A stretch of 64,000 nucleotides of DNA. Origin: Patescibacteria group bacterium (lineage in GTDB: Bacteria; Patescibacteriota; Patescibacteriia; Patescibacteriales; UBA12465). The notes below the pieces were generated by a model. The model was not told where the DNA came from and ran no database searches. It worked only from the letters and a program-made list of their open reading frames with translations. Location: NCBI GenBank assembly GCA_034002925.1, contig JAVEZP010000001.1, positions 132,024-196,023 on the forward strand. Direction: 5' to 3'. Below are positions 44,933-54,531 of the stretch, piece by piece. The translations under genes and the position numbers were made by a program. Positions within the stretch are counted from its first letter, which is position 1; each line of letters opens with the position of its first letter.

Positions 44933-45361
44933 ATGAAAAATTATCTAAAAAAAAGCAGCTTTATTATTTTAGCCGCCATCTTACTAAGCTTTCCATCTTT
45001 TGCCCTAGCTCAAACAAGCACTAGCCCCGGCCTATCTGATCGAGTCAACGCTCAAGCAGAAAATATGCAAAACACTGCTGGTTTAGGTGATGTTAGTTTA
45101 GGAGTTGTTATTTCAATGGTGATAAGAGCTGCTCTTACTTTACTTGGCATTATCTTTCTGGTTATTATTGTCTTTGCTGGCTACCGTTGGATGACTGCAT
45201 CTGGCAATGAAGAAGCTATTCAAAAAGCGCAATCTTCTATTAAGCGCGCCATTATTGGTTTAGTAATTGTAATGCTTGCTTATGCCATTACTGCTTTTGT
45301 CTTTAATCAATTACCCTTTGGAGCTGTAGGTGGTAGTTCTGGAGCGATGACAAGTGGTTAA
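44933..45361 (+). CDS. VirB2/TrbC-like pilin-like protein, paralog 6
   Basis: Core AGYRWMTASGNEEAIQKAQS flanked by two TM helices, with a Gly/Ser-rich C-terminal tail. Confidence 0.7.
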   Translation: MKNYLKKSSFIILAAILLSFPSFALAQTSTSPGLSDRVNAQAENMQNTAGLGDVSLGVVISMVIRAALTLLGIIFLVIIVFAGYRWMTASGNEEAIQKAQSSIKRAIIGLVIVMLAYAITAFVFNQLPFGAVGGSSGAMTSG

Positions 45362-45383
45362 AAGACAATAAAAATTATTGAGT

Positions 45384-45416
45384 AAAAAAAGAGGCGAACC
45401 GAGGGGTTCGCCTTTT
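45384..45416. terminator. bidirectional intrinsic terminator
   Basis: AGGCGAACC-GAGG-GGTTCGCCTTTT preceded by an A-run. Confidence 0.8.
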
Positions 45417-45423
45417 GTAATGA

Positions 45424-46188
45424 TTACCTTCTTGGCTGAATCACATAAGCATGGCAATATTCATCGCCAACTTTCTTTTTAGTGATACCAACTGTAAAGC
45501 TGTCTTTTTGATCAAATTCACCTGGCATTTCTATGATATATTCATACTTACCAGGAAGTAGATAAATTATATCTTTCTGCCCAGGAAATAAATAATGACT
45601 AGGATCATCAATGGCCAGACCACTAGCATCTGTGATTTTGATATTTACATACTTACGGACGTTCTGATTCCAAAGGATTACTTTATAACCCTTATTTCCA
45701 TCCGTCAGTACCGGCGTCTCTTGCAATTTTTGCAAAGCTAACTCCTGCTTATCTAACAAGAGCTCACCCTGTCGAACCTCTAAAGAATTTTTTCGTCTCT
45801 TTTTTTCAAGTGACCTCAATTCTTTAGGCGTTTTGTCCATAATTGCTTGATTCGCAATCAAGTTTTTGATAGCCAATTTTTGGCCTTCAAGCTCCTTAAT
45901 CCGAACTAGAATCGGCTCATTGTGAATTAAAGCTATGGCAAGAGCTTTGTTCTCTTTAGTCAACCTATCCTTTAATCCAGTCTCAACAACTGGATCAATA
46001 TATAGCTCAGACAAGCGAACATTTATCATTTTAATGCGTTCTTGTGGGCCAGAGGCATCCACAAGTTGTTTTTGCAACTGAATGATTTCGGCTTCAATGT
46101 CAGCTAAAGCGCGAACTTGTTGTCTAGTTTGACTAAAAGCAACTACAACAAACAAAGATAATAAAACGGTTAAAACATTTTTTTTCAT
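45424..46188 (-). CDS. hypothetical secreted protein (coiled coil plus beta-rich C-terminal domain)
   Basis: Signal peptide MKKNVLTVLLSLFVVVAFSQ. No motif recognised. Confidence 0.5.
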   Translation of the reverse strand: MKKNVLTVLLSLFVVVAFSQTRQQVRALADIEAEIIQLQKQLVDASGPQERIKMINVRLSELYIDPVVETGLKDRLTKENKALAIALIHNEPILVRIKELEGQKLAIKNLIANQAIMDKTPKELRSLEKKRRKNSLEVRQGELLLDKQELALQKLQETPVLTDGNKGYKVILWNQNVRKYVNIKITDASGLAIDDPSHYLFPGQKDIIYLLPGKYEYIIEMPGEFDQKDSFTVGITKKKVGDEYCHAYVIQPRR

Positions 46189-46423
46189 GATATTTGATTT
46201 TTTTAATTGTTAATGTTCAGATTTAATCTTAAAATTGGTTTAAAAAACGTCAACCTTAAGATATATTATCTTATCATATTTTGTAATAACTGTCAATAGT
46301 TTATCCACAATCTAATCTTGACTTTTTAAAGTAGATATGCTATAAAGTATAGTTGTCCAAATCCCTGCTTGTCATATTGGTTAATGTAGGGATTTTTTAT
46401 TTTGATAATTTTCAAAAAAATAT

Positions 46424-47038
46424 ATGAAAAAAATAAAGATCAGCGAAGATCTAGTGCCTCTCAGTAGACGCCAACAAACTGTAATTAATTTAATTATTGT
46501 TTGTGTTTTTCAATTCTTACTTTTCTTTGTTCCTGTGTTAGCCGCTGAAGCAGTTACTAACGATCTTAATAACAATGAGGTGAATATTGGTTTTAATAGC
46601 AAAGGAAATCTTGATCCTAGCGTAGCCGCCTTGTTAGGTGAAGACACTTTTACCAACTCATCTTTAATTGGCCCTCAAAACAATGCTTTACCGATTAACG
46701 CTGAGCGGACTCCAGAAATAGTAGTTATCAGTACTAGCATTAGAACGGTCACTGCCTATAATTCTTTACCAGAGCAAACAGATGATACTCCCTGTATTAC
46801 TGCTAATGGTTTTAATGTTTGTGAACATGATATAGAAGATACTATTGCGGCTAATTTCTTAAAATTTGGTACTAAAGTAAGAATTCCTGAATTATTTGGT
46901 GATAGAATCTTTATTGTCAGAGATAGAATGAACCAACGTTTTAGTGATAGAGTAGATGTCTGGATGAAAGATTATGAAGAAGCAAGAAAATTAGGAAAAC
47001 GAAATGTTCAAATTGAAGTAATAGAAGTAATAGAATAA
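46424..47038 (+). CDS. 3D-domain (MltA/RlpA-like double-psi beta-barrel) cell-wall-associated protein
   Basis: TVTAYNSLPEQTDDTPCITANG...IAAN...VRDRMNQRFSDRVDVWM matches the 3D-domain pattern. N-terminal TM anchor. Confidence 0.65.
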   Translation: MKKIKISEDLVPLSRRQQTVINLIIVCVFQFLLFFVPVLAAEAVTNDLNNNEVNIGFNSKGNLDPSVAALLGEDTFTNSSLIGPQNNALPINAERTPEIVVISTSIRTVTAYNSLPEQTDDTPCITANGFNVCEHDIEDTIAANFLKFGTKVRIPELFGDRIFIVRDRMNQRFSDRVDVWMKDYEEARKLGKRNVQIEVIEVIE

Positions 47039-47056
47039 AAATTAAAATAAACTAAC

Positions 47057-47088
47057 AAAAAACACCTTTTTTAAAAAGGTGTTTTTTT
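47057..47088. terminator. bidirectional intrinsic terminator
   Basis: AAAAAACACCTTTTT-TAA-AAAAGGTGTTTTTTT. Confidence 0.85.
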
Positions 47089-47107
47089 ATTACTTCGACA
47101 ACAATTA

Positions 47108-49516
47108 TTAAAACAAGAAAGATAAAAGACTTCTTCTTTTTAGAGACTTTTCCTTTTTAGCTAAATTTAAAGTGGTAGGGACAATGGTATCAGGAATAAG
47201 AGAGATGCTATCAATACCTTCAGCCATTAAAAATTCAGCAAACTCTGGAAAATCACTAGGTCCTTGTCCACAAATACCAACTTTTCTTTTTCTTTTTTTA
47301 GCGACTTTAATTAAATTTTTTATCATTTCTTTAACTGCTTCATTTTTTTCATTAGACACGCCCTCAATCTTTAGACTACCGCCAGAGTCTCTATCAATCC
47401 CTAACACTAATTGAGTTAAATCATTAGAGCCGATAGAGAAGCCATCAAAAATATCACAAAATTTATCAGCTAAAATAATATTAGCTGGGATTTCAGCCAT
47501 CACATACATCTCTAAACCATTAACTCCTCTTTTTAAGCCATTTTGTGCCATAATTTCCTGCACCTTTTTACCTTCTTCGACTGTACGACAGAAAGGAACC
47601 ATGACTTTTAAATTATTTAAGCCATATTCATCTCTCACTCTTTTTAAAGCCTTGCACTCTAATTTAAAAGCAGCTAAAAATTGTTTAGAGTAATAGCGAC
47701 TAGCGCCACGCCAGCCAATCATCGGATTAGCTTCTATTGGTTCATAGGCTTTACCTCCAATTAAGTTAGCATATTCATTGCTTTTAAAATCAGATAACCG
47801 TACTATTACATCTTTAGGATAAAAAGCAGCGGTTAAAATAGCTAAACCCTGTGCTAAGCGATCAACAAAATATTGAGCCTTATCGGTATAACCTATGGTA
47901 AGTTCATCAATTTGTTTTTTTGCTTCTTTATCTGCTAGTTTATTATAATTTAATAATGCTAAAGGATGAATTTTAATGTAATTATTAATAATAAACTCCA
48001 AACGAGCCAAACCTACACCATCATTAGGGATAAATGACTGCGCAAAAGCTAACTCAGGATCACCTACATTCATCATTACTTTAGTTTTTGGTCTTTTAAG
48101 GTCTTTAATATCAGTTGTCAAAACTTTAAAAGGTAATTTACCCTTATACACAAAACCCTCTTCACCTTCAGCACAACTAACGGTCACACTTTGTCCTTTC
48201 TTAAGAATACTAGAACCTTTGTTGGTTCCTACTACACAAGGAATTCCCATTTCTCTAGAGATAATAGCCGCATGACAAGTTCTTCCTCCTTTATCAGTCA
48301 CAATCGCAGAAGCAATTTTCATAATTGGCTCCCAATCAGGATCAGTCATATCAGTTACTAAAACTTGTCCTTCTTTAAAACTATGAATATCTTTGACATC
48401 CATAATGCGATTAACTATTCCTTGTCCAATCTTATTGCCTACACTTTGACCTTTAACTAATACACTTGATTTTTTTTCTAACCTATATTCTTCAATCACA
48501 TTAGGGTTGCGCATACTTTGTACCGTTTCTGGTCGAGCTTGTACTATATATAATTTACCATCCTTACCATCTAAGGCCCACTCGATATCCATGGCTCTGC
48601 CATAATGCTTTTCAATTTCCATGCCCCATTTAACTAATTGTTTTACTTGCTTATCATTAATAGAGGCCTGATGTCTTTCTGTGGTGGGCACAATCACATT
48701 TTTAACCGGTGATTTACCTTTAGGGTTATAAACCATTTTCATGTTTTTCTTACCAATAGAACGCGATATAATAGCTAAGGTTGGCTTAAAAACATAAAAT
48801 TCATCAGGATTCACTTTGCCCTGAACAATATTTTCCCCTAAACCGTAAATAGAATTAATAAGCACTGTATTTTTAAAGCCCGATTCAGTATCAATGGTAA
48901 ACATCACGCCAGAAGAACCAAGGTCAGAACGAATCATCTTCTGTACGCCAACAGATAAAGCAATTGAAAAATGATCAAAGCCTTTATCAAAGCGATAAGA
49001 GATAGCGCGATTAGTAAATAAAGAGGCTATACATTGTTTAACTGATAATAACAAAGCTTTTTCACCTGAAATATTTAAAAAAGTTTCTTGCTGCCCAGCA
49101 AAAGAAGCGTCAGGTAAATCTTCAGCTGTTGCGCTAGAGCGAACCGCAACATCAATCGCTTTACTTTTATTTTCTTTAGATAATTTTTTATAAGCTAAAA
49201 TAATTTCATCTTTTAAATCTTTAGGCATTTCGGCCTCTAAGATAGCTTGACGAACTAATTTTCCACGCTTCATTAAATTACGAGTATCGTGTGTATCCAG
49301 GTCTTTTAAAATTTCTTTAATTTTTGTTTTTAAACCAGCTGTTTCTAAAAAATAGTCATAAGCTTCAGCGGTAGTAGCAAAACCATTAGGCACATGAATG
49401 CCTTTGCTTTTTAATTTTTGATACATTTCGCCCAAAGAGGCGTTTTTCCCTCCGACTGAAGGAACATCTTTAATAGATAATTCTTCAAAAAAACGAATAA
49501 AAACGGGCTTTTTCAT
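47108..49516 (-). CDS. ppsA: phosphoenolpyruvate synthase (pyruvate, water dikinase)
   Basis: N-terminal ATP-grasp VGGKNASLGEM, phosphohistidine swivel GGRTCHAAIISREMGIPCVVG, and a C-terminal PEP-utilising TIM barrel. Confidence 0.9.
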   Translation of the reverse strand: MKKPVFIRFFEELSIKDVPSVGGKNASLGEMYQKLKSKGIHVPNGFATTAEAYDYFLETAGLKTKIKEILKDLDTHDTRNLMKRGKLVRQAILEAEMPKDLKDEIILAYKKLSKENKSKAIDVAVRSSATAEDLPDASFAGQQETFLNISGEKALLLSVKQCIASLFTNRAISYRFDKGFDHFSIALSVGVQKMIRSDLGSSGVMFTIDTESGFKNTVLINSIYGLGENIVQGKVNPDEFYVFKPTLAIISRSIGKKNMKMVYNPKGKSPVKNVIVPTTERHQASINDKQVKQLVKWGMEIEKHYGRAMDIEWALDGKDGKLYIVQARPETVQSMRNPNVIEEYRLEKKSSVLVKGQSVGNKIGQGIVNRIMDVKDIHSFKEGQVLVTDMTDPDWEPIMKIASAIVTDKGGRTCHAAIISREMGIPCVVGTNKGSSILKKGQSVTVSCAEGEEGFVYKGKLPFKVLTTDIKDLKRPKTKVMMNVGDPELAFAQSFIPNDGVGLARLEFIINNYIKIHPLALLNYNKLADKEAKKQIDELTIGYTDKAQYFVDRLAQGLAILTAAFYPKDVIVRLSDFKSNEYANLIGGKAYEPIEANPMIGWRGASRYYSKQFLAAFKLECKALKRVRDEYGLNNLKVMVPFCRTVEEGKKVQEIMAQNGLKRGVNGLEMYVMAEIPANIILADKFCDIFDGFSIGSNDLTQLVLGIDRDSGGSLKIEGVSNEKNEAVKEMIKNLIKVAKKRKRKVGICGQGPSDFPEFAEFLMAEGIDSISLIPDTIVPTTLNLAKKEKSLKRRSLLSFLF

Positions 49517-49610
49517 AAATTAATTTTTTAATTTTTTATTTTAATTTTTTATGTTTTTATTATAGCACATTCTTTACTTTATTATAATAATGAATTATTA
49601 TATATTTGCG

Positions 49611-49695
49611 GCGGGCGTGGCGGAATTGGTAGACGCACTTGGCTTAGGACCAAGCGGGGCAACCCTTGAGAGTTCGAGTCTCTCCGCCCGCACCA
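49611..49695 (+). tRNA. tRNA-Leu(UAG), CCA encoded
   Basis: Manual cloverleaf: GCGGGCG acceptor, anticodon loop CTTAGGA, long variable arm, 3' ...CGCCCGCACCA. Confidence 0.9.
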
Positions 49696-49721
49696 CAATA
49701 ATCATTTTTTTTCACAAGTTC

Positions 49722-50525
49722 ATGTTTTATTTTTTGCATAACTTTATTCCTTCAAGCATCTTGTGGCAAGCTGGACCATTAACTATTCGTTATTATGGTC
49801 TAGTTTTATTATTAGCTATGATAGCTGCTATTTTATTAAGCATTAAAATAGCAAGCTGGTATCAAATTCAAAAAGAAAAAATTATTGATCTAGCTATTTA
49901 TTTAATTATTGGCGGATTAATAGGCGCTAGAATATATGAAATATTTTTAGAGTTTTCATATTATCAAAATAACCCTCTAGCTATTTTTAAAGTTTGGCAA
50001 GGAGGATTAGCTATTCATGGTGGTATTATTGGTGGCTTTATAGCTCTATATTTATTTTCTCATTATAATAAAATTTCTCTTTTAAAGTTAAGCGCCTTAG
50101 TAGTACCAGGATTAGCACTGGGTCAAGCAATTGGCCGTTGGGGAAATTGGTTTAATCAAGAATTATTTGGTTTACCATCCACACTACCCTGGTCCATTCC
50201 TATCTCTCCAGTTAACAGACCCTCTAATTATCTAGATTTTAATTTTTTTCATCCTACTTTTCTATATGAAAGTTTAGCCTGTTTAGTCTTAGCTGCTATT
50301 CTCTTTTATCTTAGTTGGCGTTGGCGCAAAAATGAAAAAAATCAAAAATCCATTATTATTATTTATTTAAGTTCTTACGCCTTTATCCGTTTTATGTTAG
50401 AATTTATAAAGGTTGATGAGACTCCTATTTGGCTTGGCTTAAGATGGCCTCAAATAGCTAGTTTATTGATGATAATACCAGTTTTTATCCTTCTAATTAA
50501 AAATTACCAGTTAACAAAAAAATAA
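49722..50525 (+). CDS. lgt: prolipoprotein diacylglyceryl transferase
   Basis: GRWGNWFNQELFG signature. The track ORF start (49590) reads through the tRNA-Leu, so I use Met45 (MFYFLHNF). Confidence 0.85.
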   Translation: MFYFLHNFIPSSILWQAGPLTIRYYGLVLLLAMIAAILLSIKIASWYQIQKEKIIDLAIYLIIGGLIGARIYEIFLEFSYYQNNPLAIFKVWQGGLAIHGGIIGGFIALYLFSHYNKISLLKLSALVVPGLALGQAIGRWGNWFNQELFGLPSTLPWSIPISPVNRPSNYLDFNFFHPTFLYESLACLVLAAILFYLSWRWRKNEKNQKSIIIIYLSSYAFIRFMLEFIKVDETPIWLGLRWPQIASLLMIIPVFILLIKNYQLTKK

Positions 50526-50527
50526 AT

Positions 50528-51721
50528 ATGTACCGTTATCATTTAACAAATTTTTCTAACTTAAAACTCAACAAACACTTAATCACCTTGTACGCCACTG
50601 GACTAATTCTGGCAATTGCAACCTATGTTACCGCCTATATAAATTCTAGCTTCATTGAAACTTTTATTGGTCTACATTACACCGGCCTCTTTTTTATTTC
50701 TGCTAACATTATTACTCTTCTGGCAATGATTTTTTTTCCTTCTATTATCAAGCATTGGGGAAATTTTAGAACTATAAAAACAATGTTGATTTTGGGTGTT
50801 ATTTCTTCTTTAGCGTTGATAGCTTTCTCATCTCCCTGGTTATTGTTTATCTTTTTTATTATTATGTGGGCGAGTTTAAATTTAGTTTGGATTAACATGG
50901 ATATTTTTGTAGAAAGTTTTACCAACAATAAAAACACAGGAAAAGTAAGGGCAATCTTTTTTACTTTCATTAATATTGGCATCATTTTATCTCCCATTAT
51001 CTCAACCCGTTTAGTGGGAAAAGATAATAACTACCCTGTAGTTTATCTGTTTTCCGCTGTAGTTATAATTATATTTTATCTTTTATTAACTTTTCTCAAA
51101 AAAAGAGTTGACAAAAAAATTGTCTTCAAACAACAAAAAATTAAACAAACAATTATTGATTTTTGGCGAGATAAAAATCTTAAAGGTTTATACGCGATTT
51201 CATTTTTCTTAAATTTATTTTTTAGTGTTGTGGTTGTTTATGTTCCTATTTATTTACATACTGTTATTGGTTTTGATTGGTCAACGCTAGGCATTCTATT
51301 CGCTATCATGCTTCTACCTTTTATACTATTTGAAATACCAGCTGGAATAATTGCTGATAAGTATTTAGGAGAAAAAGAGATTTTATTTCTTGCCTTAGGC
51401 ATACTAACACTTTGCTTATTTTTATTCTCCTACACAAATTCTACGAATCCTATAGTATGGGGGGCTTTGTTATTTGTTAGCAGGATAGGGGCCGCCTTAA
51501 TTGAAGCGATGCGTGAATCACGATTCTTTAAAATTGTTGACGCTACTGATGTTTCTTATATAAATTTTCTGCGAACTTCCTATCCTTTAGGCTATTTAGT
51601 CGGCACCAGCTTAGGTGTTATTGTCTTGTCTTGGTCTAATATTCCCAATCTTTTCTTCTATTTATCAATTCTATTCTTATTTGGTTTTTATTTTATCTAT
51701 ATTATAAAAGATAGTAAATAA
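50528..51721 (+). CDS. MFS-type transporter
   Basis: About 12 TM helices in a 6+6 arrangement with a central basic loop. Confidence 0.65.
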   Translation: MYRYHLTNFSNLKLNKHLITLYATGLILAIATYVTAYINSSFIETFIGLHYTGLFFISANIITLLAMIFFPSIIKHWGNFRTIKTMLILGVISSLALIAFSSPWLLFIFFIIMWASLNLVWINMDIFVESFTNNKNTGKVRAIFFTFINIGIILSPIISTRLVGKDNNYPVVYLFSAVVIIIFYLLLTFLKKRVDKKIVFKQQKIKQTIIDFWRDKNLKGLYAISFFLNLFFSVVVVYVPIYLHTVIGFDWSTLGILFAIMLLPFILFEIPAGIIADKYLGEKEILFLALGILTLCLFLFSYTNSTNPIVWGALLFVSRIGAALIEAMRESRFFKIVDATDVSYINFLRTSYPLGYLVGTSLGVIVLSWSNIPNLFFYLSILFLFGFYFIYIIKDSK

Positions 51722-51769
51722 GACTATCTCTTGACTATTTTGACTTAGTTTATATAATGATTCCATGTG

Positions 51770-51841
51770 GCGGGTATCGTATAATGGTTATTATGTCAGC
51801 CTTCCAAGCTGAAGATGGCGGTTCGATTCCGCTTACCCGCT
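51770..51841 (+). tRNA. tRNA-Gly(UCC)
   Basis: Manual cloverleaf: GCGGGTA acceptor, anticodon loop CTTCCAA, T-arm GGCGG-TTCGATT-CCGCT. A terminator follows at 51844-51872. Confidence 0.9.
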
Positions 51842-51877
51842 CAAAAAAATCACTCCCTTAGGAGTGATTTTTATTTT

Positions 51878-52579
51878 TTAATATTTACCAAAATTATATT
51901 CAACTATTTTTTTTCTTATAGGCCCTCTAATAATAAAATATAAACCACCTCGAAACCATTTCCATAAAACCTTAACAACCCCTTCTTTTTCCAGCCTTCT
52001 AACTGAAAAAAATAATTTTGTACTTTTTATCATTCTATATTTACCTATTTTTGATAAACGTTTAATATAATCGTAATCTTCACCAATAAAAATACTTTCA
52101 TCAAAACCATTAATCTGCTCATGCGCCTGCTTATCAACCATAATACCAACGCCAACTGAAGCGGGAAAAAAATATTGACCCGCAAAACAAACTAAACGAT
52201 AAGCTTTTTCAAATAAACGATAAATAGGGTTTGTGGAATTAAAAATTAAATAAAACCCAGCTGATTTTAATTTTCTACTAAGAAACTCACTATATGCTTT
52301 ATTTAAAAAATCAACTGGAATTTTAGTGTCAGCGTCTAAAAATAAAATCGTATCACCTTTTGCCTTGGCTGCGCCTTGATTACGCTGTCTAGCTGGTGAT
52401 CTCTTTTTGTCTTGCACCACCAAAGCCCCTAAACTTCTAGCCATCTCAATAGTATCATCTTCAGAGTAAGCATCTGAAACTATTACTTCATAATTATCAA
52501 ATTTTTGCTCTTTAATTAATTTTAATAATTCTGGCAAATATTTTTCTTCATTTAAAGTTGGAATAACAATAGAAAGCAT
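51878..52579 (-). CDS. glycosyltransferase family 2
   Basis: MLSIVIPTLNEE, VSDAYSEDDT, and a DAD (DxD) motif. Confidence 0.8.
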   Translation of the reverse strand: MLSIVIPTLNEEKYLPELLKLIKEQKFDNYEVIVSDAYSEDDTIEMARSLGALVVQDKKRSPARQRNQGAAKAKGDTILFLDADTKIPVDFLNKAYSEFLSRKLKSAGFYLIFNSTNPIYRLFEKAYRLVCFAGQYFFPASVGVGIMVDKQAHEQINGFDESIFIGEDYDYIKRLSKIGKYRMIKSTKLFFSVRRLEKEGVVKVLWKWFRGGLYFIIRGPIRKKIVEYNFGKY

Positions 52580-52585
52580 ATGGAT

Positions 52586-53587
52586 TTAAAATAAGGTACG
52601 CGCAAATTCCCAAAATATTTTATTATCATGTTTATACTGCCAATACCACCATTCAACTCCCCATAAATATGCTTTTTTAAATCTTGTTCTACGAGCATAT
52701 TCTAGATTATCTTTAAATTGATCTATATCAAAAGAATAACTAGCTTCTTGTTGAGAAAGATGAATAATTTTACCTTGAGGAACCCAGGGCTCGGCTTGTA
52801 ACTCAGCAATAATTCTTTTTTCTACCGGAATATTTACTAGCCAAGCTTTCAGGCGATAAAACCAGGGCGGAATAGGATAACGCGTATATCCTAACCAGCG
52901 ATTCCACACTACTCGATACATAGTTGTACCAAAAACATCACCATAACGTGACTCTTTAATCCAAAAATTTAATTCTCCTGGACCAGAAACCATCACCGGC
53001 CTCTTGTCTAAAGATTTTAATAATTTTAATTCTTGTTTAAAAAATTCTTCATCACTAGGAGGGCAAATACCAAAAAAATCTAAAAACGGCTCATTTTCTA
53101 ATTGCCAATAAACAATAGACGAATTATCTTTATATCTATTAACTGTTTTTTCAATCATTATAAGTGTACGCTTTTGTGTATCACTAATACTTTCTTGATT
53201 AGTCCAATTAGGAGCATGACATTCCGGCCAACGGGGTAAGCGCCAACCAACACTGATAACAAATTTAACATCTCTTTTAGCTCCTTCACTAATCATGTAA
53301 TCATAATCTTTATAATTAAAAACACCCTTTTCTTTTTCAATTTCATCCCAATATATTGGCAATCTAATTTCTTTTACTTCTAAATCATTTATAATTGCTA
53401 AATAAACTTCACGCCAATCCAAACCTAGTTCTTCTGCGTATTTCCTAGAAAAAGTAACCCCTAAAAAATCTGATTCAAATTTTGAATAATCATAATTTTT
53501 ATTGTTAGCAAATATTTTCATAAATATTATTAAATTTAAAACAATAACAATAAAAACTAAAAATAATATTTTTCCACGGTGACTCAT
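52586..53587 (-). CDS. membrane-anchored clan GH-A glycoside-hydrolase-like protein
   Basis: N-terminal TM helix. WQLENEP matches the acid/base NEP motif of (beta/alpha)8 clan A hydrolases. The family was not resolved. Confidence 0.5.
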   Translation of the reverse strand: MSHRGKILFLVFIVIVLNLIIFMKIFANNKNYDYSKFESDFLGVTFSRKYAEELGLDWREVYLAIINDLEVKEIRLPIYWDEIEKEKGVFNYKDYDYMISEGAKRDVKFVISVGWRLPRWPECHAPNWTNQESISDTQKRTLIMIEKTVNRYKDNSSIVYWQLENEPFLDFFGICPPSDEEFFKQELKLLKSLDKRPVMVSGPGELNFWIKESRYGDVFGTTMYRVVWNRWLGYTRYPIPPWFYRLKAWLVNIPVEKRIIAELQAEPWVPQGKIIHLSQQEASYSFDIDQFKDNLEYARRTRFKKAYLWGVEWWYWQYKHDNKIFWEFARTLF

Positions 53588-54525
53588 ATAATTAAAATGT
53601 ATAAACCAACGCTAATAATTATAACTGCTAATATTTTTTGTAATAAAATATTCTTTGACAAATCTTCTTTAAAAATTTTAGGCGCAAAGATAGAAATTAA
53701 AGTGCTCAAAATAATAATCCAAGCATATTGTACTCCTTGCAAGGCATTAACTAAAGCAACTGGGCCGAGAAAAATAGCATAATTTTGTAAAATAAAACCT
53801 ATAGCTCCTAAAGATTGATTGAAAACTAATAATAACTGCTTCTTTGAATTTCCTGGTTTACGACGAAATAATTTAATAATTTCTTGACGCGCCTTACGGG
53901 AAAACAAAAAGAAAGCAGCAAATAAAGCCGCCCCTAAACGAGTCCATAAAAAAGCGCTTAAAAAATCTTGTTCAATATAAGCAAACTTTGAACCAACAAA
54001 AAATAAAGCATAAGCTAAAGCAGATAAAAGCGCTAAATAAACCGCTTTTTGAGAAAAATTATTTTCTATAGACCAATGTTGCCATAATTTTTCCCAAAAA
54101 TTTTTTTTAGTTTTTGGTAAAAAGAATAAAAACAATAAACCAATAAGTAAAAAACAAATAGCCAACACCTGCTCAAAGCTTAAAGCATCTTTTAATATTA
54201 TTAGCGCTAATGGCGCTGAAAAAACTGGAGTCGAACCACCAACAATAACTAAAACCCGAGAAGCCTCTCCTTTTCTTAAAGCAGCATATAAAAAAAATAA
54301 AGCCAAACTAAATAAAAAGCCTAGAAAAATATTAAAGAAAAAATTTAACCAACCCGGCCAATTTAAAAACCAAGGAGCTATGGCAAAAATCAATAAACCC
54401 ATTACACTCGCCATAAAAGTGTAAGCCCTGGCGCTGGCTAATATTTTTTCAACTAAAAATTTATCTAATAAATTAGCTAAAGCCAAAATAAAATAAGCTA
54501 CTAACGCAACTATTAACCAATCCAT
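53584..54525 (-). CDS. EamA/DMT-family membrane transporter
   Basis: Ten TM helices arranged as a duplicated 5-TM unit. Confidence 0.6.
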   Translation of the reverse strand: MDWLIVALVAYFILALANLLDKFLVEKILASARAYTFMASVMGLLIFAIAPWFLNWPGWLNFFFNIFLGFLFSLALFFLYAALRKGEASRVLVIVGGSTPVFSAPLALIILKDALSFEQVLAICFLLIGLLFLFFLPKTKKNFWEKLWQHWSIENNFSQKAVYLALLSALAYALFFVGSKFAYIEQDFLSAFLWTRLGAALFAAFFLFSRKARQEIIKLFRRKPGNSKKQLLLVFNQSLGAIGFILQNYAIFLGPVALVNALQGVQYAWIIILSTLISIFAPKIFKEDLSKNILLQKILAVIIISVGLYILII

Positions 54526-54531
54526 AGATTA

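Noticed and set aside
49590-49721. N-terminal 44 codons of the track ORF 49590..50525
   Set aside because: This segment is the translation of tRNA-Leu(UAG) (49611-49695). lgt starts at the internal Met at 49722.
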